Part shown: positions 1-10,402 of the stretch, one piece after another
How positions within the stretch are numbered: position 1 is the first letter of the stretch
Layout: every line of letters starts with the position of its first letter
From: an uncultured archaeon
GTDB lineage: Archaea > Asgardarchaeota > Thorarchaeia > Thorarchaeales > Thorarchaeaceae
DNA: 64,000 nt
Assembly: GCA_964354495.1 (NCBI GenBank)
Contig: CAYHAA010000002.1
Location: 80,234-144,233 of the forward strand
Direction of reading: 5' to 3'
The notes under the pieces: generated by a model
Seen by the model: the letters and a program-made list of their open reading frames with translations, nothing else
What the model was told of the DNA's origin: nothing
The model's database searches: none
Translations under genes and position numbers: made by a program

Positions 1-156
1 ATCGAAGCTGTTTAGATTTAGTAAACGTTAATCCATTCGCCCAAACGTCGACCCATTTCTTGGATACATGGCCTCGTTTCTGTGCGAAGCTCAATCTTTA
101 AAACGGGGAGTTCTTGGCCCTTCTACCAATAACAGAGTGTCTTGGACTGAGGAAAT

Positions 157-1110
157 ATGATGCGAATCTTGGTGACCGGTTCATATGGGCAAATTGGAAC
201 AGAGCTAGTTGGCGCTCTACGCAACAAGTATGGTGGCGATAATGTCATTGCATCAGGCCGAAAGAAGCCACCAAAGATTCTCACCGAAGATGGACCGTAT
301 CTTCATCTCGATATTCTCGATACTAATCAGATTCATTCAATGCTTGTCGACAATGACATCAATGTCATAATTCACAATGCTTCTGTCCTATCCGGTGTTG
401 GCGAAAAAGACCCTCAACTTGCGTTCTCCACGAATGTCCAAGGGGCATACAACATACTTGAAGCAGCCAGAATCTTGGATCTCGACCAAGTCATAATACC
501 GAGTTCGATTGCTGCCTTCGGTCCAAGTACTCCTCGTGACAATACGCCCAACGACGTAATTATGCGGCCGACGAGCGCGTATGGTGTTACGAAGGTCTTC
601 ATAGAGCTATGGGGAGAATACTATGCGAAACGATATGGCCTTGACTTCCGTTCCCTGAGATACCCTGGCATCATCAGTGCTGAAGCGCTCCCAGGTGGAG
701 GAACAACAGACTACGCGGTGGAAATCTTCTACGAGGCAATAAAGAACAAGAAGTACACTTCGTTTCTGAATAAAGGCACGTATCTTCCAATGATGTACAT
801 GCCTGACTGCATCAAATGCACAATGAACCTCATGGAAGCAGATGCAAAGAAGCTGAAGCATAGAAGCTTCAATATTACGGCAATGTCATTTGCTCCTGAC
901 GAATTGGCTGCCGAAATCAAGAAACACATTCCAACGTTCAAAATAAGCTATGCACCTGACTTCCGACAAGCAATTGCAGAGTCATGGCCCGCATCGCTTG
1001 ATGATAGTGTGGCTCGGGAAGAATGGGGCTGGAAGCCAGAGTATGACCTAGCGGCGATGACAAAGGATATGCTTGAGAAACTATCCAAGAAACTCGGGAT
1101 ACGCTACTAG
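157..1110 (+). CDS. tdh: L-threonine 3-dehydrogenase of the NAD-dependent epimerase/dehydratase (extended SDR) type
   Basis: N-terminal Rossmann motif LVTGSYGQIGTELV. The blocks TTDYAVEIFY, RSLRYPGIIS and LPMMYMPD are characteristic of the UDP-galactose-4-epimerase-like TDH family at 317 aa. Confidence 0.7.
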   Translation: MMRILVTGSYGQIGTELVGALRNKYGGDNVIASGRKKPPKILTEDGPYLHLDILDTNQIHSMLVDNDINVIIHNASVLSGVGEKDPQLAFSTNVQGAYNILEAARILDLDQVIIPSSIAAFGPSTPRDNTPNDVIMRPTSAYGVTKVFIELWGEYYAKRYGLDFRSLRYPGIISAEALPGGGTTDYAVEIFYEAIKNKKYTSFLNKGTYLPMMYMPDCIKCTMNLMEADAKKLKHRSFNITAMSFAPDELAAEIKKHIPTFKISYAPDFRQAIAESWPASLDDSVAREEWGWKPEYDLAAMTKDMLEKLSKKLGIRY

Positions 1111-1219
1111 CAGCATCGCAGGGGCAGGAAAGGCATTTGTTGTCCTGTCTGCCTCATGGTTGAAGACAGCAAACGGCACATTTATGTCAATTGCGGTTTT
1201 TCAATAGACTATTCATACG

Positions 1220-2983
1220 GTGAGCCTGATGAATCGAGACCCACTCTATCTTTCCGTCTTCATCCTTTCCATTCTAATTGCATCTTCGTTCTACTTGTCT
1301 TGGAGCGTGGATAGAGGAATGGGAGAACTTACTGTCGAGAGATTGCGAATTGAACGGGCTCCAGGACGGCCTGTAGATTTCATAGTCTATTCACCGCGAG
1401 CCGGCATTCATGTTGACCCCATGCCTGTTGCCCTGACACTTCACGGTCTCGCGGGCTCAAAGGAAGGAATGTATGCATTCAACATAGAGCTGGCAAGACG
1501 CAATTTCACTGTCGTTTCTGTCGACCTTGCGGGACACGGGGATTCTAGTCTGCCCTTCATCCTCGAAGATTATGAAGGGATGGCGCAGGACGCGTACGCA
1601 GCTCTTCGTTACGTTCAGGAGAACTGGGCTGACGTCGATAATGAGAGCTATGGTATTCTGTCACATTCCCTGGGCTTTCGTGTAGCGATTGAGATGAAGG
1701 ACATGCCTGTTGCCCCGCTGGCATATGCGACTGTAGGTGATATCGGGCAGATGAGTCTCGGATCATATGTCGACTTTCCAGGCAATCTCCTAATAGCTAT
1801 TGGCGCGTACGATGAAATGATCTCAGAAGAAGATGCCGTTAATGCAATCAGGACTGCCACTGGAAACAGCAGTGCAGAGGCAGGGGTAACCTATGGGTCG
1901 CTTGAGAACCAGACCGCCTATCGTTTGGTGTTTGCACCGACAGACCACGTCTTTGAGGCCCTCGATGGTACAATCGTTCAAGAGTCTGCTTCCTGGCTTA
2001 TTCAGGGCGTTCAAGGCGAAGAACAGCTCTCCCAGACTCTTGACCCAAAAGACCAAATTTACTTCAGCAAGGTCATTGCTACTTTCTCGGGTGCCTTCTC
2101 GCTCCTTGTCAGTGTCGTCCCGGTCATGCTACTTGTCTACAGCTACCTTCCTGAAAGGATGAAACCACGGAAGATACCTCTTCAGACCAAAGAACTCAGC
2201 TACAAGAAGACATTCGCCATCAGCTCAATTCTAGGAGCAATAATGGTGACGATCTTCACTGCGACAACAGCAGGGGGATTCCATCTTGAGAACCTAGGGC
2301 TTGCCTGGCCGAACTCAATGTTTGCTACAGGTCTGATACTCTTCTACACAGTCTCGCTTTTCTGTTTGACTGCAGCAATGTGCGGCCTGATGGGGATATC
2401 GAATACAAAGTTGGCATTTGCATCAATTGGCATACAGAGAATTCCCGTCAAGGAGCATATCATTGATTTCCTCAAGTGCATCGCTGTCGCAGGAGTATGT
2501 ATAATTTGGCTTCTCTTCTGGCTGGCCATAAGCGGCTTGCCTGAACAAATGCAACCATGGATTCTCTTGGCACTGGTGAAGTGGCCCGTCAGCATTCGTG
2601 GTATCAATACGGTCATAGTGATCGCCTTTGCCATTCCCTATCTCGTAGTTGATGCAGCTTGGCTACGAGGACTTCTCTTGAGTGACCGAGAATGGAGCGG
2701 AAGTTGGAAAGAAGTCAAGACCATGATCTTTGCATTCGCGTCGAAGTTTGCGGTTTCAGGCGTGCTTGCCGTAGTAGTGGTGTCTGGCACCACTGCACTT
2801 GGATTCATCGGTGGCAAAATGGTACTGTTGGGTCTCTTGCTCCTATTGATGCTAGTTGTTTCGCTCTTGACGACAGTATTGACTGCATGGACTGCCCTCA
2901 AGTTCCAAAACACATGGCCTGCAATACTTGTTAGTGCGTTCATGCTGTCCATTGTTGCAGTATCAAGTATTCCGCTGATCTAG
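1220..2983 (+). CDS. Membrane-anchored alpha/beta-hydrolase: N-terminal hydrolase domain fused to a C-terminal polytopic membrane domain
   Basis: N-terminal TM helix, then HGLAGSKEG, a GHGDS-type block and a nucleophile-elbow SHSLGF (GxSxG). The last ~300 aa are highly hydrophobic with about 8-10 predicted TM helices. Confidence 0.55.
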   Translation: MSLMNRDPLYLSVFILSILIASSFYLSWSVDRGMGELTVERLRIERAPGRPVDFIVYSPRAGIHVDPMPVALTLHGLAGSKEGMYAFNIELARRNFTVVSVDLAGHGDSSLPFILEDYEGMAQDAYAALRYVQENWADVDNESYGILSHSLGFRVAIEMKDMPVAPLAYATVGDIGQMSLGSYVDFPGNLLIAIGAYDEMISEEDAVNAIRTATGNSSAEAGVTYGSLENQTAYRLVFAPTDHVFEALDGTIVQESASWLIQGVQGEEQLSQTLDPKDQIYFSKVIATFSGAFSLLVSVVPVMLLVYSYLPERMKPRKIPLQTKELSYKKTFAISSILGAIMVTIFTATTAGGFHLENLGLAWPNSMFATGLILFYTVSLFCLTAAMCGLMGISNTKLAFASIGIQRIPVKEHIIDFLKCIAVAGVCIIWLLFWLAISGLPEQMQPWILLALVKWPVSIRGINTVIVIAFAIPYLVVDAAWLRGLLLSDREWSGSWKEVKTMIFAFASKFAVSGVLAVVVVSGTTALGFIGGKMVLLGLLLLLMLVVSLLTTVLTAWTALKFQNTWPAILVSAFMLSIVAVSSIPLI

Positions 2984-3064
2984 AGAGAAAGTAGGGATGA
3001 AGGTATGCTCTCCGTGGTACACTATGTGCCATTAGAGGGACGTCCAGGGCTCACACGGACTCCA

Positions 3065-4315
3065 CTAATGCTCGCGAACTTCAAAGTCCAGCCCCTGTTT
3101 GGCCATTAGCTTTAGCATCTTCTGGAGTGCTCTCTCATCAGGCACTTCGAGAATCAGCTCAACCTCCGCTCTGTTAGGTGGTATCCCAGGGTCAAAACGG
3201 TCCTGGTTGATTTCAATCACACTCACACCGGATTCAGCAACCAAGCTAAGTACTCTGTTCATGCTTCCAACCTTATCCAGAATCGAGCCCCTTACTCTCA
3301 CCGAACGACCTAATCTGAACAGCTCTTTCTCAACAATCCTAGAGAGAAGTGACATGTCAATATTGCCCCCAGAGAGAACTGTAACTGCCTTCTTTCCTTT
3401 TATGGGGATTTTTCCATAGTAGTACGCAGCGAGCCCAACGCAGCCAGATGGCTCAACAACAAGCTTAGCTCTCTCAAGAAGCATGAAGATTGTACGAGTG
3501 ACCTCTAGCTCGTCAACAGTTGCCACTCCAGAAATGAGGTCTCTGGATATCTTGAATGTCAAATTGCCAGGCGTCTTAACTGCTATCCCGTCGCAGACAG
3601 TATCCAAGTTCTCAATGTGGATGATCTTTCCTGCCTCAAGAGAGGCCTTCATTGAGGGGGCACCAGCAGCTTCCACCCCATATATCTCAACCTCAGGGCG
3701 TTGCTCTTTGACTGCAATAGAGATGCCGGAGATCAGCCCTCCGCCGCCTATCGGAACGGAAATCACATCAACATCTGGGCACTCATCAAGTATTTCGAGT
3801 CCAATGGTTCCTTGGCCGGCAATTACATTCTCATCATTGAAGGGGTGCAGGAATGTGACACCACTTTTCTCAGAGGTTTCTTTTGCATAGGCAAGAGCAT
3901 CGTCGAACGTATCGCCATGTTGGATGACCGTGGCTCCATAGGTCTCAGTCGCTTGGATTTTCGCAACAGAAGCATATGTAGGCATGATAATAGTCGAACT
4001 AATACCCAGCCTTGACGCTGCGTAGGCTACCCCCTGTGCGTGGTTGCCCGCTGAGGCTGCAATGACTCCAGCTTTCTTTTCAGAATCCGAGAATTGTGAC
4101 ATTGCGTACGTTGCACCACGGACCTTGAATGAACCGGTTTTCTGCAGATTCTCGAGCTTGAAGTATATCTCTCCCTGCGTTGCATTGCTGAAAGTTGTTG
4201 AGTATTCCATGCGGGTTCTATGCGCGATGCCCTTGATTATCTCGCGAGCATCCAGCATCTTCGAGTATATCGAACTATACTTGCTCATGATAGGCCACGA
4301 TTCCCCATAGAGCAC
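3065..4315 (-). CDS. ilvA: Threonine ammonia-lyase (threonine dehydratase), PLP-dependent, with a single C-terminal ACT-like regulatory domain
   Basis: PLP-lysine motif FKLENLQKTGSFKVRGA and a Gly-rich GGGGLISG loop. The 416 aa length fits a short-form IlvA with one regulatory domain. Confidence 0.75.
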   Translation of the reverse strand: MLYGESWPIMSKYSSIYSKMLDAREIIKGIAHRTRMEYSTTFSNATQGEIYFKLENLQKTGSFKVRGATYAMSQFSDSEKKAGVIAASAGNHAQGVAYAASRLGISSTIIMPTYASVAKIQATETYGATVIQHGDTFDDALAYAKETSEKSGVTFLHPFNDENVIAGQGTIGLEILDECPDVDVISVPIGGGGLISGISIAVKEQRPEVEIYGVEAAGAPSMKASLEAGKIIHIENLDTVCDGIAVKTPGNLTFKISRDLISGVATVDELEVTRTIFMLLERAKLVVEPSGCVGLAAYYYGKIPIKGKKAVTVLSGGNIDMSLLSRIVEKELFRLGRSVRVRGSILDKVGSMNRVLSLVAESGVSVIEINQDRFDPGIPPNRAEVELILEVPDERALQKMLKLMAKQGLDFEVREH

Positions 4316-4411
4316 ACAACCAGATTAAGGATTCCTAGGCAATCAAGAAGATAGTAGGGAGGAGTCACTCCAAGAAAAGGGGTTGACTCTCCCCTTTGAA
4401 TGCGAAACGGT

Positions 4412-4945
4412 TTAGACTGCAAGAATCAGAGAGACAAGGATACTATTTGCAATTAGTGGGAATAGCATCCATGCAATGTAGTTGCCTGGCGGGGCAGTGA
4501 ATCTGTTGTATTTGGCTGGTATGAAGGCGAAGTATCCTTTCCTCACGGATGTCCATCGCCATAGCTCCATGTTTCGGCTCAAGAGAGGTTCAAGCAGCAA
4601 GAAGTCTGTCAAACAAGCAATCACACCAGACATTGTAGCAGCCTGAATCCCAGTGAAACCAAGTGAGAGCGAGAAGAGGAGACTGCTTTGTATGAAGAAG
4701 ATCCAAAGGAAGACAATCCAAATGGGGACGTTCTTCACAAATGGACCATTCCTCTCCTGTTTTGTGTAGTGATAATAGCCTTGGGACGAAACGAAACTCT
4801 CACCAGCTGAAGCGATTGTGAATATCAGTAGTACTTGGAGAAGCATCAACCACCCGAAAATGCTCCACATCAATTGAGACGTGATACTTGCAAGTCCTCC
4901 GAATATTACTAGAAGTACGAAACTCTCTAGCCTCGAGATCATCAA
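4412..4945 (-). CDS. Hypothetical integral membrane protein (about 5 TM)
   Basis: Hydrophobic segments throughout. It starts 6 bp downstream of the small HTH gene on the same strand. Confidence 0.4.
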   Translation of the reverse strand: MMISRLESFVLLVIFGGLASITSQLMWSIFGWLMLLQVLLIFTIASAGESFVSSQGYYHYTKQERNGPFVKNVPIWIVFLWIFFIQSSLLFSLSLGFTGIQAATMSGVIACLTDFLLLEPLLSRNMELWRWTSVRKGYFAFIPAKYNRFTAPPGNYIAWMLFPLIANSILVSLILAV

Positions 4946-4951
4946 AACACC

Positions 4952-5236
4952 TCACCGACGCATTTTCGTCTTCGCACTATCAATCAGTTTAGATGTCTTC
5001 CTAGCGATCGAGATAGTCCAAGTCTTTCCCACTTTCTCCCTCCGCAGCTTCTGAGCAGTCAGACTATCTTGCACCTTCAGAATAAGGTCAACAGCCTTCT
5101 TGACAGTACGACGATCAATGCCTGTGGCCTTTGAAAGGCCAGCAATTGACATCGACGGAGACTCCTTCAGCACCTGCAGTACCGCAGCCATTGCCTGTCC
5201 AAGGTCAACACGCGGAGTGGATAGAGGAAGCATCAT
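4952..5236 (-). CDS. Small helix-turn-helix / winged-helix DNA-binding protein
   Basis: The segment SIAGLSKATGIDRRTVKKAVDLIL is HTH-like. It is basic at 94 aa and sits immediately upstream of a co-oriented membrane protein. Confidence 0.35.
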   Translation of the reverse strand: MMLPLSTPRVDLGQAMAAVLQVLKESPSMSIAGLSKATGIDRRTVKKAVDLILKVQDSLTAQKLRREKVGKTWTISIARKTSKLIDSAKTKMRR

Positions 5237-5425
5237 ATTGAATCATTGTTCATTTGGGCATGTCTGCTTATATACATTATTATGTACACGTTACTATGTC
5301 CACTTAATAATGTACACATTTGATAATCATCAGTCGCTGTGGACCTCTATCCAGGCGTGGGTCAATCAGTTTGCATGAATTGCAGGGATTGAGCATGTAT
5401 CGACATCGGCTGACCTAATCAACGA

Positions 5426-6568
5426 TTAGAAGATCCTATGTTTGATATCAATGCCACGGGACCGTAGCTCTTTTATGAAGAGCTCAGGAGGAATGCATCT
5501 TTCAGGGGTCAATACGCCCCGCTCACTTATGCGGCCATCAGCCATCATCATTGCAGTCACTGCAGCAGGGAAAGAGGTCGTTCGCATCATGGAAGTGAGA
5601 CCAGTAGTCTCATCGAAGTAGTCTATGACCTCGTATTCGATATTTCGTGATTCAGTACCCTTCCAACCTTCAACCATTATTCGGATGAGTGTGACATCCT
5701 TTCCGGCAGGCGGCAGATTCTTTTCCAGTAGGGTTTCAAGCATTTTTCGTGGGCGCACTTTCTTTCCTTCAACCTCTATTGGATCACTACTCATGAGTCC
5801 AAGCTTCATCAAGCACCAGACCTTATGACCATGTCCGGGATAGCGTATCGTCTTGTAGTCCATCTCACCGACTCTTCCTTGATAGGTATATGGAAGTGTT
5901 GACGTACCTCCGCTCGTATTGAACGCCTCTAGTTTTCCAAAGGGCTCAGGGAAGTATATCTCTTCGAATCCGACCAACGGGTCCTCGAGAACTACTTTGC
6001 CATCTCTCAGAGCAACACAAGGTTCCACATATTCGTTGATCAGTCCTTCAACGGAAAAGATTAGAGAGTAGTTCAACGGGGGACGAGGCTCTTGTTGGAG
6101 ACCTCCGACTCGAATCTTCACACTATCAACGCGGTCCAGATACTCGATTCCATGCCTTGCAAGAACACTGACCATTCCGGGTGCAAGCCCGCAATCTGGC
6201 ACAACGGTGATGCCGGCATCTCTCGCCCGATCACTCATCTCAATCTGCTTCTGCACAATCGTCCAGCCTCCTCCTAAGTCGCACATATGCGTGCCAGTCT
6301 CTATCGCGACCTCGGTATGAAGCACATTGACTGTGTAACTCACCGCACTGATGACTGTGTCCACAGTTCCAAAGAAGCCATTGAGCTGCTCTCGATTCCT
6401 AGCATCGACCTTCACCGCTTTTGCCTTTGAGCCCGTTTCTTTGGCTAGTGACTCTGCACATTTCAGATTGATATCGGCTAGCAGAAGTTGTTCAACTGCA
6501 TCTTGTCGAGCTAGGTCAAATGCTGCACCTCTGCCCATCTGACCGCTTCCGAGAATACCTATCTTCAT
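5426..6568 (-). CDS. Saccharopine dehydrogenase-like NAD(P)-binding oxidoreductase
   Basis: N-terminal MKIGILGSGQMGRGAAFDLA Rossmann motif. The 380 aa length and overall layout fit the Sacchrp_dh family. Confidence 0.55.
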   Translation of the reverse strand: MKIGILGSGQMGRGAAFDLARQDAVEQLLLADINLKCAESLAKETGSKAKAVKVDARNREQLNGFFGTVDTVISAVSYTVNVLHTEVAIETGTHMCDLGGGWTIVQKQIEMSDRARDAGITVVPDCGLAPGMVSVLARHGIEYLDRVDSVKIRVGGLQQEPRPPLNYSLIFSVEGLINEYVEPCVALRDGKVVLEDPLVGFEEIYFPEPFGKLEAFNTSGGTSTLPYTYQGRVGEMDYKTIRYPGHGHKVWCLMKLGLMSSDPIEVEGKKVRPRKMLETLLEKNLPPAGKDVTLIRIMVEGWKGTESRNIEYEVIDYFDETTGLTSMMRTTSFPAAVTAMMMADGRISERGVLTPERCIPPELFIKELRSRGIDIKHRIF

Positions 6569-6840
6569 CTCATGCGTTCCTCAAATAGGTGACAACGTCG
6601 ATTAGAGGCATGGTAGGTAAAAACAGTATCGACTCAGGATGTATTGAGTCAAAATGCGATAGCATCCTCTGATTGCCTCTAGTTCATTGGCTCAAAGAAA
6701 GTATGAGGAATCACTCACGACTGGTATCAAGCTGAGTAGTCACAATAATATCCCAAGAAACGGACTAAGTCCTCAAATCAACAGCTAGTCCTGGATTGTC
6801 GGGATCCGGTATATCATTGCAAGATGATCTCAGTCTCTTC

Positions 6841-8775
6841 TCACACTTCTCGTGAGAAAATCGGTTGTTTGGAAACGAGAAACGGCATCATGAGTCTCTG
6901 TTTGGGAGCGAACTTAGTCTTCTCTGAGACTTGCATAGCCAGCTCCTCAGTTGTCATAGTAACTTGGTCTTTGAGTTCTCGTCGTCTTACAGATAACTGG
7001 TGGCTTTCTCTCTCCTTATCGCCGACTACGCAGATGAAGGGTATCCAGAGCTTTTCAGCAGACCGAATCTTCTTGTTCAGAGTTTGCTGACGATCGTCGA
7101 CTTCGTAACGAATACCGTATTTCCCGAGGACCTTGCCGACATCTAGGCAATAGTCTAGCATATTCTCATTCAAGGGGACCAATCTTACCTGAACCGGCGT
7201 CATCCACAGAGGCAAATGGGGTGCCTTGCCAGCTTTCATGTCCTTGCTTGCCTGCTCCAAGACACCATACACAATTCTCTCAATTGATCCTGAGGGAGAA
7301 GTATGCAGAATCAAAGGATAGTGTTCCTTGCCTTCCTCATCCACATATCTGATGTTGAAGCGCTCACCGTTTTCTACGTCTATCTGAATAGTTGCAAGAC
7401 ACGCGGCTTTGAGTTGTTCGTCAACGACATTCCATTCACCCTTGAAAATGAAGTAAGCATAGCGTTCTTCGAACAGCTCGACCATGACAGGCTTGCCGAC
7501 TCCAGCAATGACACCGAGGACAAAGTCCTTGTTCTCTTCGAAGAATGATCTGAGCACCCGGAATGAGACCTCATAGGAGACCTCTAGCTCATTCATTAGT
7601 TTCTCAACAAATATCAGTTGACTCTTGACAGAAGTCTTTGCCATTTCAATATCAGCAACTATCTCATGGATATCCGGCATGGTGAATGCCCTGGGCCGTC
7701 GCATTCCAGCAAGCTCTCCACTCTGTTCCCGTCTGTAGGAAGGGGCGATCTCGAAGAGCTTCAGAGGCAGCTGCTTGTATGACACTTGTGCCTGAGAGAT
7801 CAGTAGGAATTGTCCAAAACACGCTGAGAAGCGGGCAAAGTAATCGCGGTCTCCGGAGCGCACAACATACTGTCGCGACGGAAATCTCTGCAGATACGAC
7901 TTCAATGAAGGATGAGCATAGTCGTAGATCAGAGGAGTCTGCACCACGTTAGCTCCATACTCAATCATTTCGGCAGTGACCCGTTCCTCAACGGTCCTCT
8001 TCAGAGTGAGGCCTCTTGGAGGCCATCTGAAGTTGCCCGCATCTGAACCAGGTTCATAGTCAACTAGCTCAAGGTTCTTCATTATCTCGATATGCGGAGG
8101 TGGTTCTTGGACAGTGCGATCCTTCGCAGTCTCATAGTTGATGTAGATCTCTAGTTCTTTGTACTTTGCATAATTGAACTTCTTCACATCCGTCATCTTA
8201 CCGTTCGGTTCGATGACAAAGAATTGTGAACTCGCTTTTTCCTCAGCCTGAAGAGCAGTGAGGTCCTCGCCCTCAGCTACCTCGACTTCAGCGGTCTTTG
8301 CCAGTTCCTTGGAAATGTCAAGGACCTTCGAACGCTCAGAAAGCGGATGGCCCTTACAATGGATTGAGAATGCCTTGTACCATCCGAACGGCGCACGTAC
8401 AACATGATAACCGCGTTTCTCAAGATTGGATGCTACGGCTTTGAGGAATTGCAGTCCAGCACTAGGTCTTGAAGGGTTCTCTGAGAGATGCACCCAAGGA
8501 TAGACTACAACGTTGGTTTCTTTGACTTCATCAGCAGCAGATGCAATCATGTCTGCAGTTTGCTTGGCAGAGCCCGATACATTACTCTCATCGCTCTTCT
8601 CGACAGCAATGAAATTCACTAAGCAAGAGTCTTCGGTTGCATATACTTTCTCTTTGATATCTTCGGCAGTCTTGAGAGCCTTCCTCTTAGCCTCGTAGCT
8701 GAATCCGTCGGTGTGTATCTGAAGCATTCTCATTCTAAGGACCTCAGTAATGGTATAGAGAAACCTATTTGCCAC
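6841..8775 (-). CDS. thrS: Threonyl-tRNA synthetase, archaeal type with N-terminal archaeal editing domain
   Basis: Class II aaRS motifs and a C-terminal anticodon-binding domain. The N-terminus MRMLQIHTDGFSYEA resembles the archaeal ThrRS editing domain. The track ORF starts at a GTG; an in-frame ATG at 8733 (MRMLQIH) is the more likely start. Confidence 0.85.
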   Translation of the reverse strand: MANRFLYTITEVLRMRMLQIHTDGFSYEAKRKALKTAEDIKEKVYATEDSCLVNFIAVEKSDESNVSGSAKQTADMIASAADEVKETNVVVYPWVHLSENPSRPSAGLQFLKAVASNLEKRGYHVVRAPFGWYKAFSIHCKGHPLSERSKVLDISKELAKTAEVEVAEGEDLTALQAEEKASSQFFVIEPNGKMTDVKKFNYAKYKELEIYINYETAKDRTVQEPPPHIEIMKNLELVDYEPGSDAGNFRWPPRGLTLKRTVEERVTAEMIEYGANVVQTPLIYDYAHPSLKSYLQRFPSRQYVVRSGDRDYFARFSACFGQFLLISQAQVSYKQLPLKLFEIAPSYRREQSGELAGMRRPRAFTMPDIHEIVADIEMAKTSVKSQLIFVEKLMNELEVSYEVSFRVLRSFFEENKDFVLGVIAGVGKPVMVELFEERYAYFIFKGEWNVVDEQLKAACLATIQIDVENGERFNIRYVDEEGKEHYPLILHTSPSGSIERIVYGVLEQASKDMKAGKAPHLPLWMTPVQVRLVPLNENMLDYCLDVGKVLGKYGIRYEVDDRQQTLNKKIRSAEKLWIPFICVVGDKERESHQLSVRRRELKDQVTMTTEELAMQVSEKTKFAPKQRLMMPFLVSKQPIFSREV

Positions 8776-9102
8776 TTAAGCTTGGTGACATGGGTCACTT
8801 TCAAATCAGGTGTCAGGGCAGGCCAAAGAAGAACCTCTAATTGCCTGCCCCTAGTCAGGTTTCTAATCGCGCTTTGTGGGTCCTATCAGGGTGATAAAAT
8901 CACGAAGTCCTGAAACGATATAGATCAACAGTAGTTCCAGTTTCCTGGTGTAGTTCGGAACCAATACCTGACCTGACGCCATACTCACCCCCGTATCTGA
9001 TATTAAATCGACTTGTAGTTCTTGATACACATTGAATTCTGAGATGATCGGACCATTCCTAGAACCAAGCTCAATATAAGGAACAGATGTCGATGAACGG
9101 CT

Positions 9103-10314
9103 ATGAAAGAGATAGTTGTTATATCAGCATGCCGGAGCCCTATTGGCACCTTTGGAGGTTCACTGAAAGAGCTTCAAGCGCCAGAACTGGCTGCGCAGGT
9201 TATCAGGGCGGCGGTGAAGCGAGCTGGCATAGAGCCATCAAGCATTGGCGACGTAAGGCTTGGCAATTGCTTTGAACCACCAAAAGCACTCAATATTGCT
9301 AGAATCTCAGCGCTCTTGGCTGGAATCCCCTATACAGTTCCAGCAGTCACAATCAATCGAGTATGCACATCTGCAATGGAAGCCATTGTCAGTGGAGCGA
9401 TGCAAATTCAGACAGGGTTTTCTGACATTGTTCTTGCTGGAGGTGTTGAATCAATGTCTAATGTTCCATACTGTGTCGAGAATGCGAGGTGGGGAGTGCG
9501 GCTCTTCGATGGCGTCTTCATGGATGCACTTACAACAGGGCTCCATGCCGGGAGTCATTTCTATCCTCACCCCGAAACAGGCAAGCAGTACATCATGGGT
9601 GAAACGGCTGAGTTTCTGAATGCAAAGTATGGATTTACACGGGAGGAGCAAGACGTTGTTGCACTAAAGTCCCATAACAACGCGGAACGTGCAACAAGAG
9701 AGGGCGATTTCAAAGAAGAAATAGTCCCCATTGAGACCAAGGGAAAGAAAGGTACGACACTTGTCGAGAGAGATGAGCACTTCAGGCCGAATCTAACTAT
9801 GGAAGGTCTGGCACAACTACGGCCCGCCTTCAAAAGCGACGGTACGGTCACTGCAGGCAACTCCAGTGGAATCAATGATGGAGCAGCCGCGATGGTCATT
9901 ATGTCAAAGAAAAAAGCAGGTGAGCTAGGACTCAAGCCATTGGCGAAGTTGACGGGATACGGGATGGGTTGCAGTGAACCACATCTCATGGGAGAGTCAC
10001 CAATTGCAGCCGTCCAGGATCTCATCAGGAGAACAGGACAGGGATTCTCTGATTGGGACCTCGTGGAACTGAACGAAGCTTTTGCAAGTCAGTTTCTTGC
10101 TGTCGAGAAGGGTCTCAAACCTCTGGGCTTTGACAGGGATAGGGTCAATGTGAATGGATCCGGAATTGGATTGGGTCACCCAGTAGGATGCGCGGGAGCA
10201 CGGATTGTCATTACGCTCATACATGCCCTGAGAAGAAGAGGGCTCACCAAGGGCATGGCTACTCTCTGCGGCGGCGGAGGTGTCAGTATGGCAACTTCTT
10301 GGGAAATCGTTTAG
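9103..10314 (+). CDS. Acetyl-CoA C-acetyltransferase (thiolase II)
   Basis: N-terminal VVISACRSPIGTFGGSL, active-site Cys region NRVCTSAMEA and C-terminal GxGxG/CGGGG thiolase signature, at 403 aa. Confidence 0.8.
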   Translation: MKEIVVISACRSPIGTFGGSLKELQAPELAAQVIRAAVKRAGIEPSSIGDVRLGNCFEPPKALNIARISALLAGIPYTVPAVTINRVCTSAMEAIVSGAMQIQTGFSDIVLAGGVESMSNVPYCVENARWGVRLFDGVFMDALTTGLHAGSHFYPHPETGKQYIMGETAEFLNAKYGFTREEQDVVALKSHNNAERATREGDFKEEIVPIETKGKKGTTLVERDEHFRPNLTMEGLAQLRPAFKSDGTVTAGNSSGINDGAAAMVIMSKKKAGELGLKPLAKLTGYGMGCSEPHLMGESPIAAVQDLIRRTGQGFSDWDLVELNEAFASQFLAVEKGLKPLGFDRDRVNVNGSGIGLGHPVGCAGARIVITLIHALRRRGLTKGMATLCGGGGVSMATSWEIV

Positions 10315-10402
10315 CCAATACGTTTTGAGTCGCTACTTCGAAATACACAGCACGTGAAACTCCAGCAGTACCTTTATTACGTAGTTCACTATTGTTAATA
10401 AT

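Noticed and set aside
414-941. Short antisense ORFs inside tdh (414-602, 607-861, 729-941 on the minus strand). Similar nested ORFs occur throughout, for example 3483-3890 +, 9567-10025 -, 20399-20995 + and 34354-34863 -.
   Set aside because: They lie entirely within, and antisense or out-of-frame to, well-supported longer genes. They have low-complexity, unrecognisable products and are typical shadow ORFs.
1111-1219. Partial inverted repeat (GGCAGGAAAGG...CCTGTCTGCC) after tdh as a possible terminator
   Set aside because: The stem is imperfect and not followed by a T-tract. In archaea, terminators are usually oligo-T signals. It is too weak to annotate.
8776-9102. Possible tRNA in the 327-bp thrS-thiolase intergenic region, based on a GGTGTAGTTCGGAACC-like segment
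   Set aside because: There is no convincing cloverleaf. The T-loop consensus GGTTCGAATCC and the acceptor-stem pairing are not satisfied on either strand, so it was not called.
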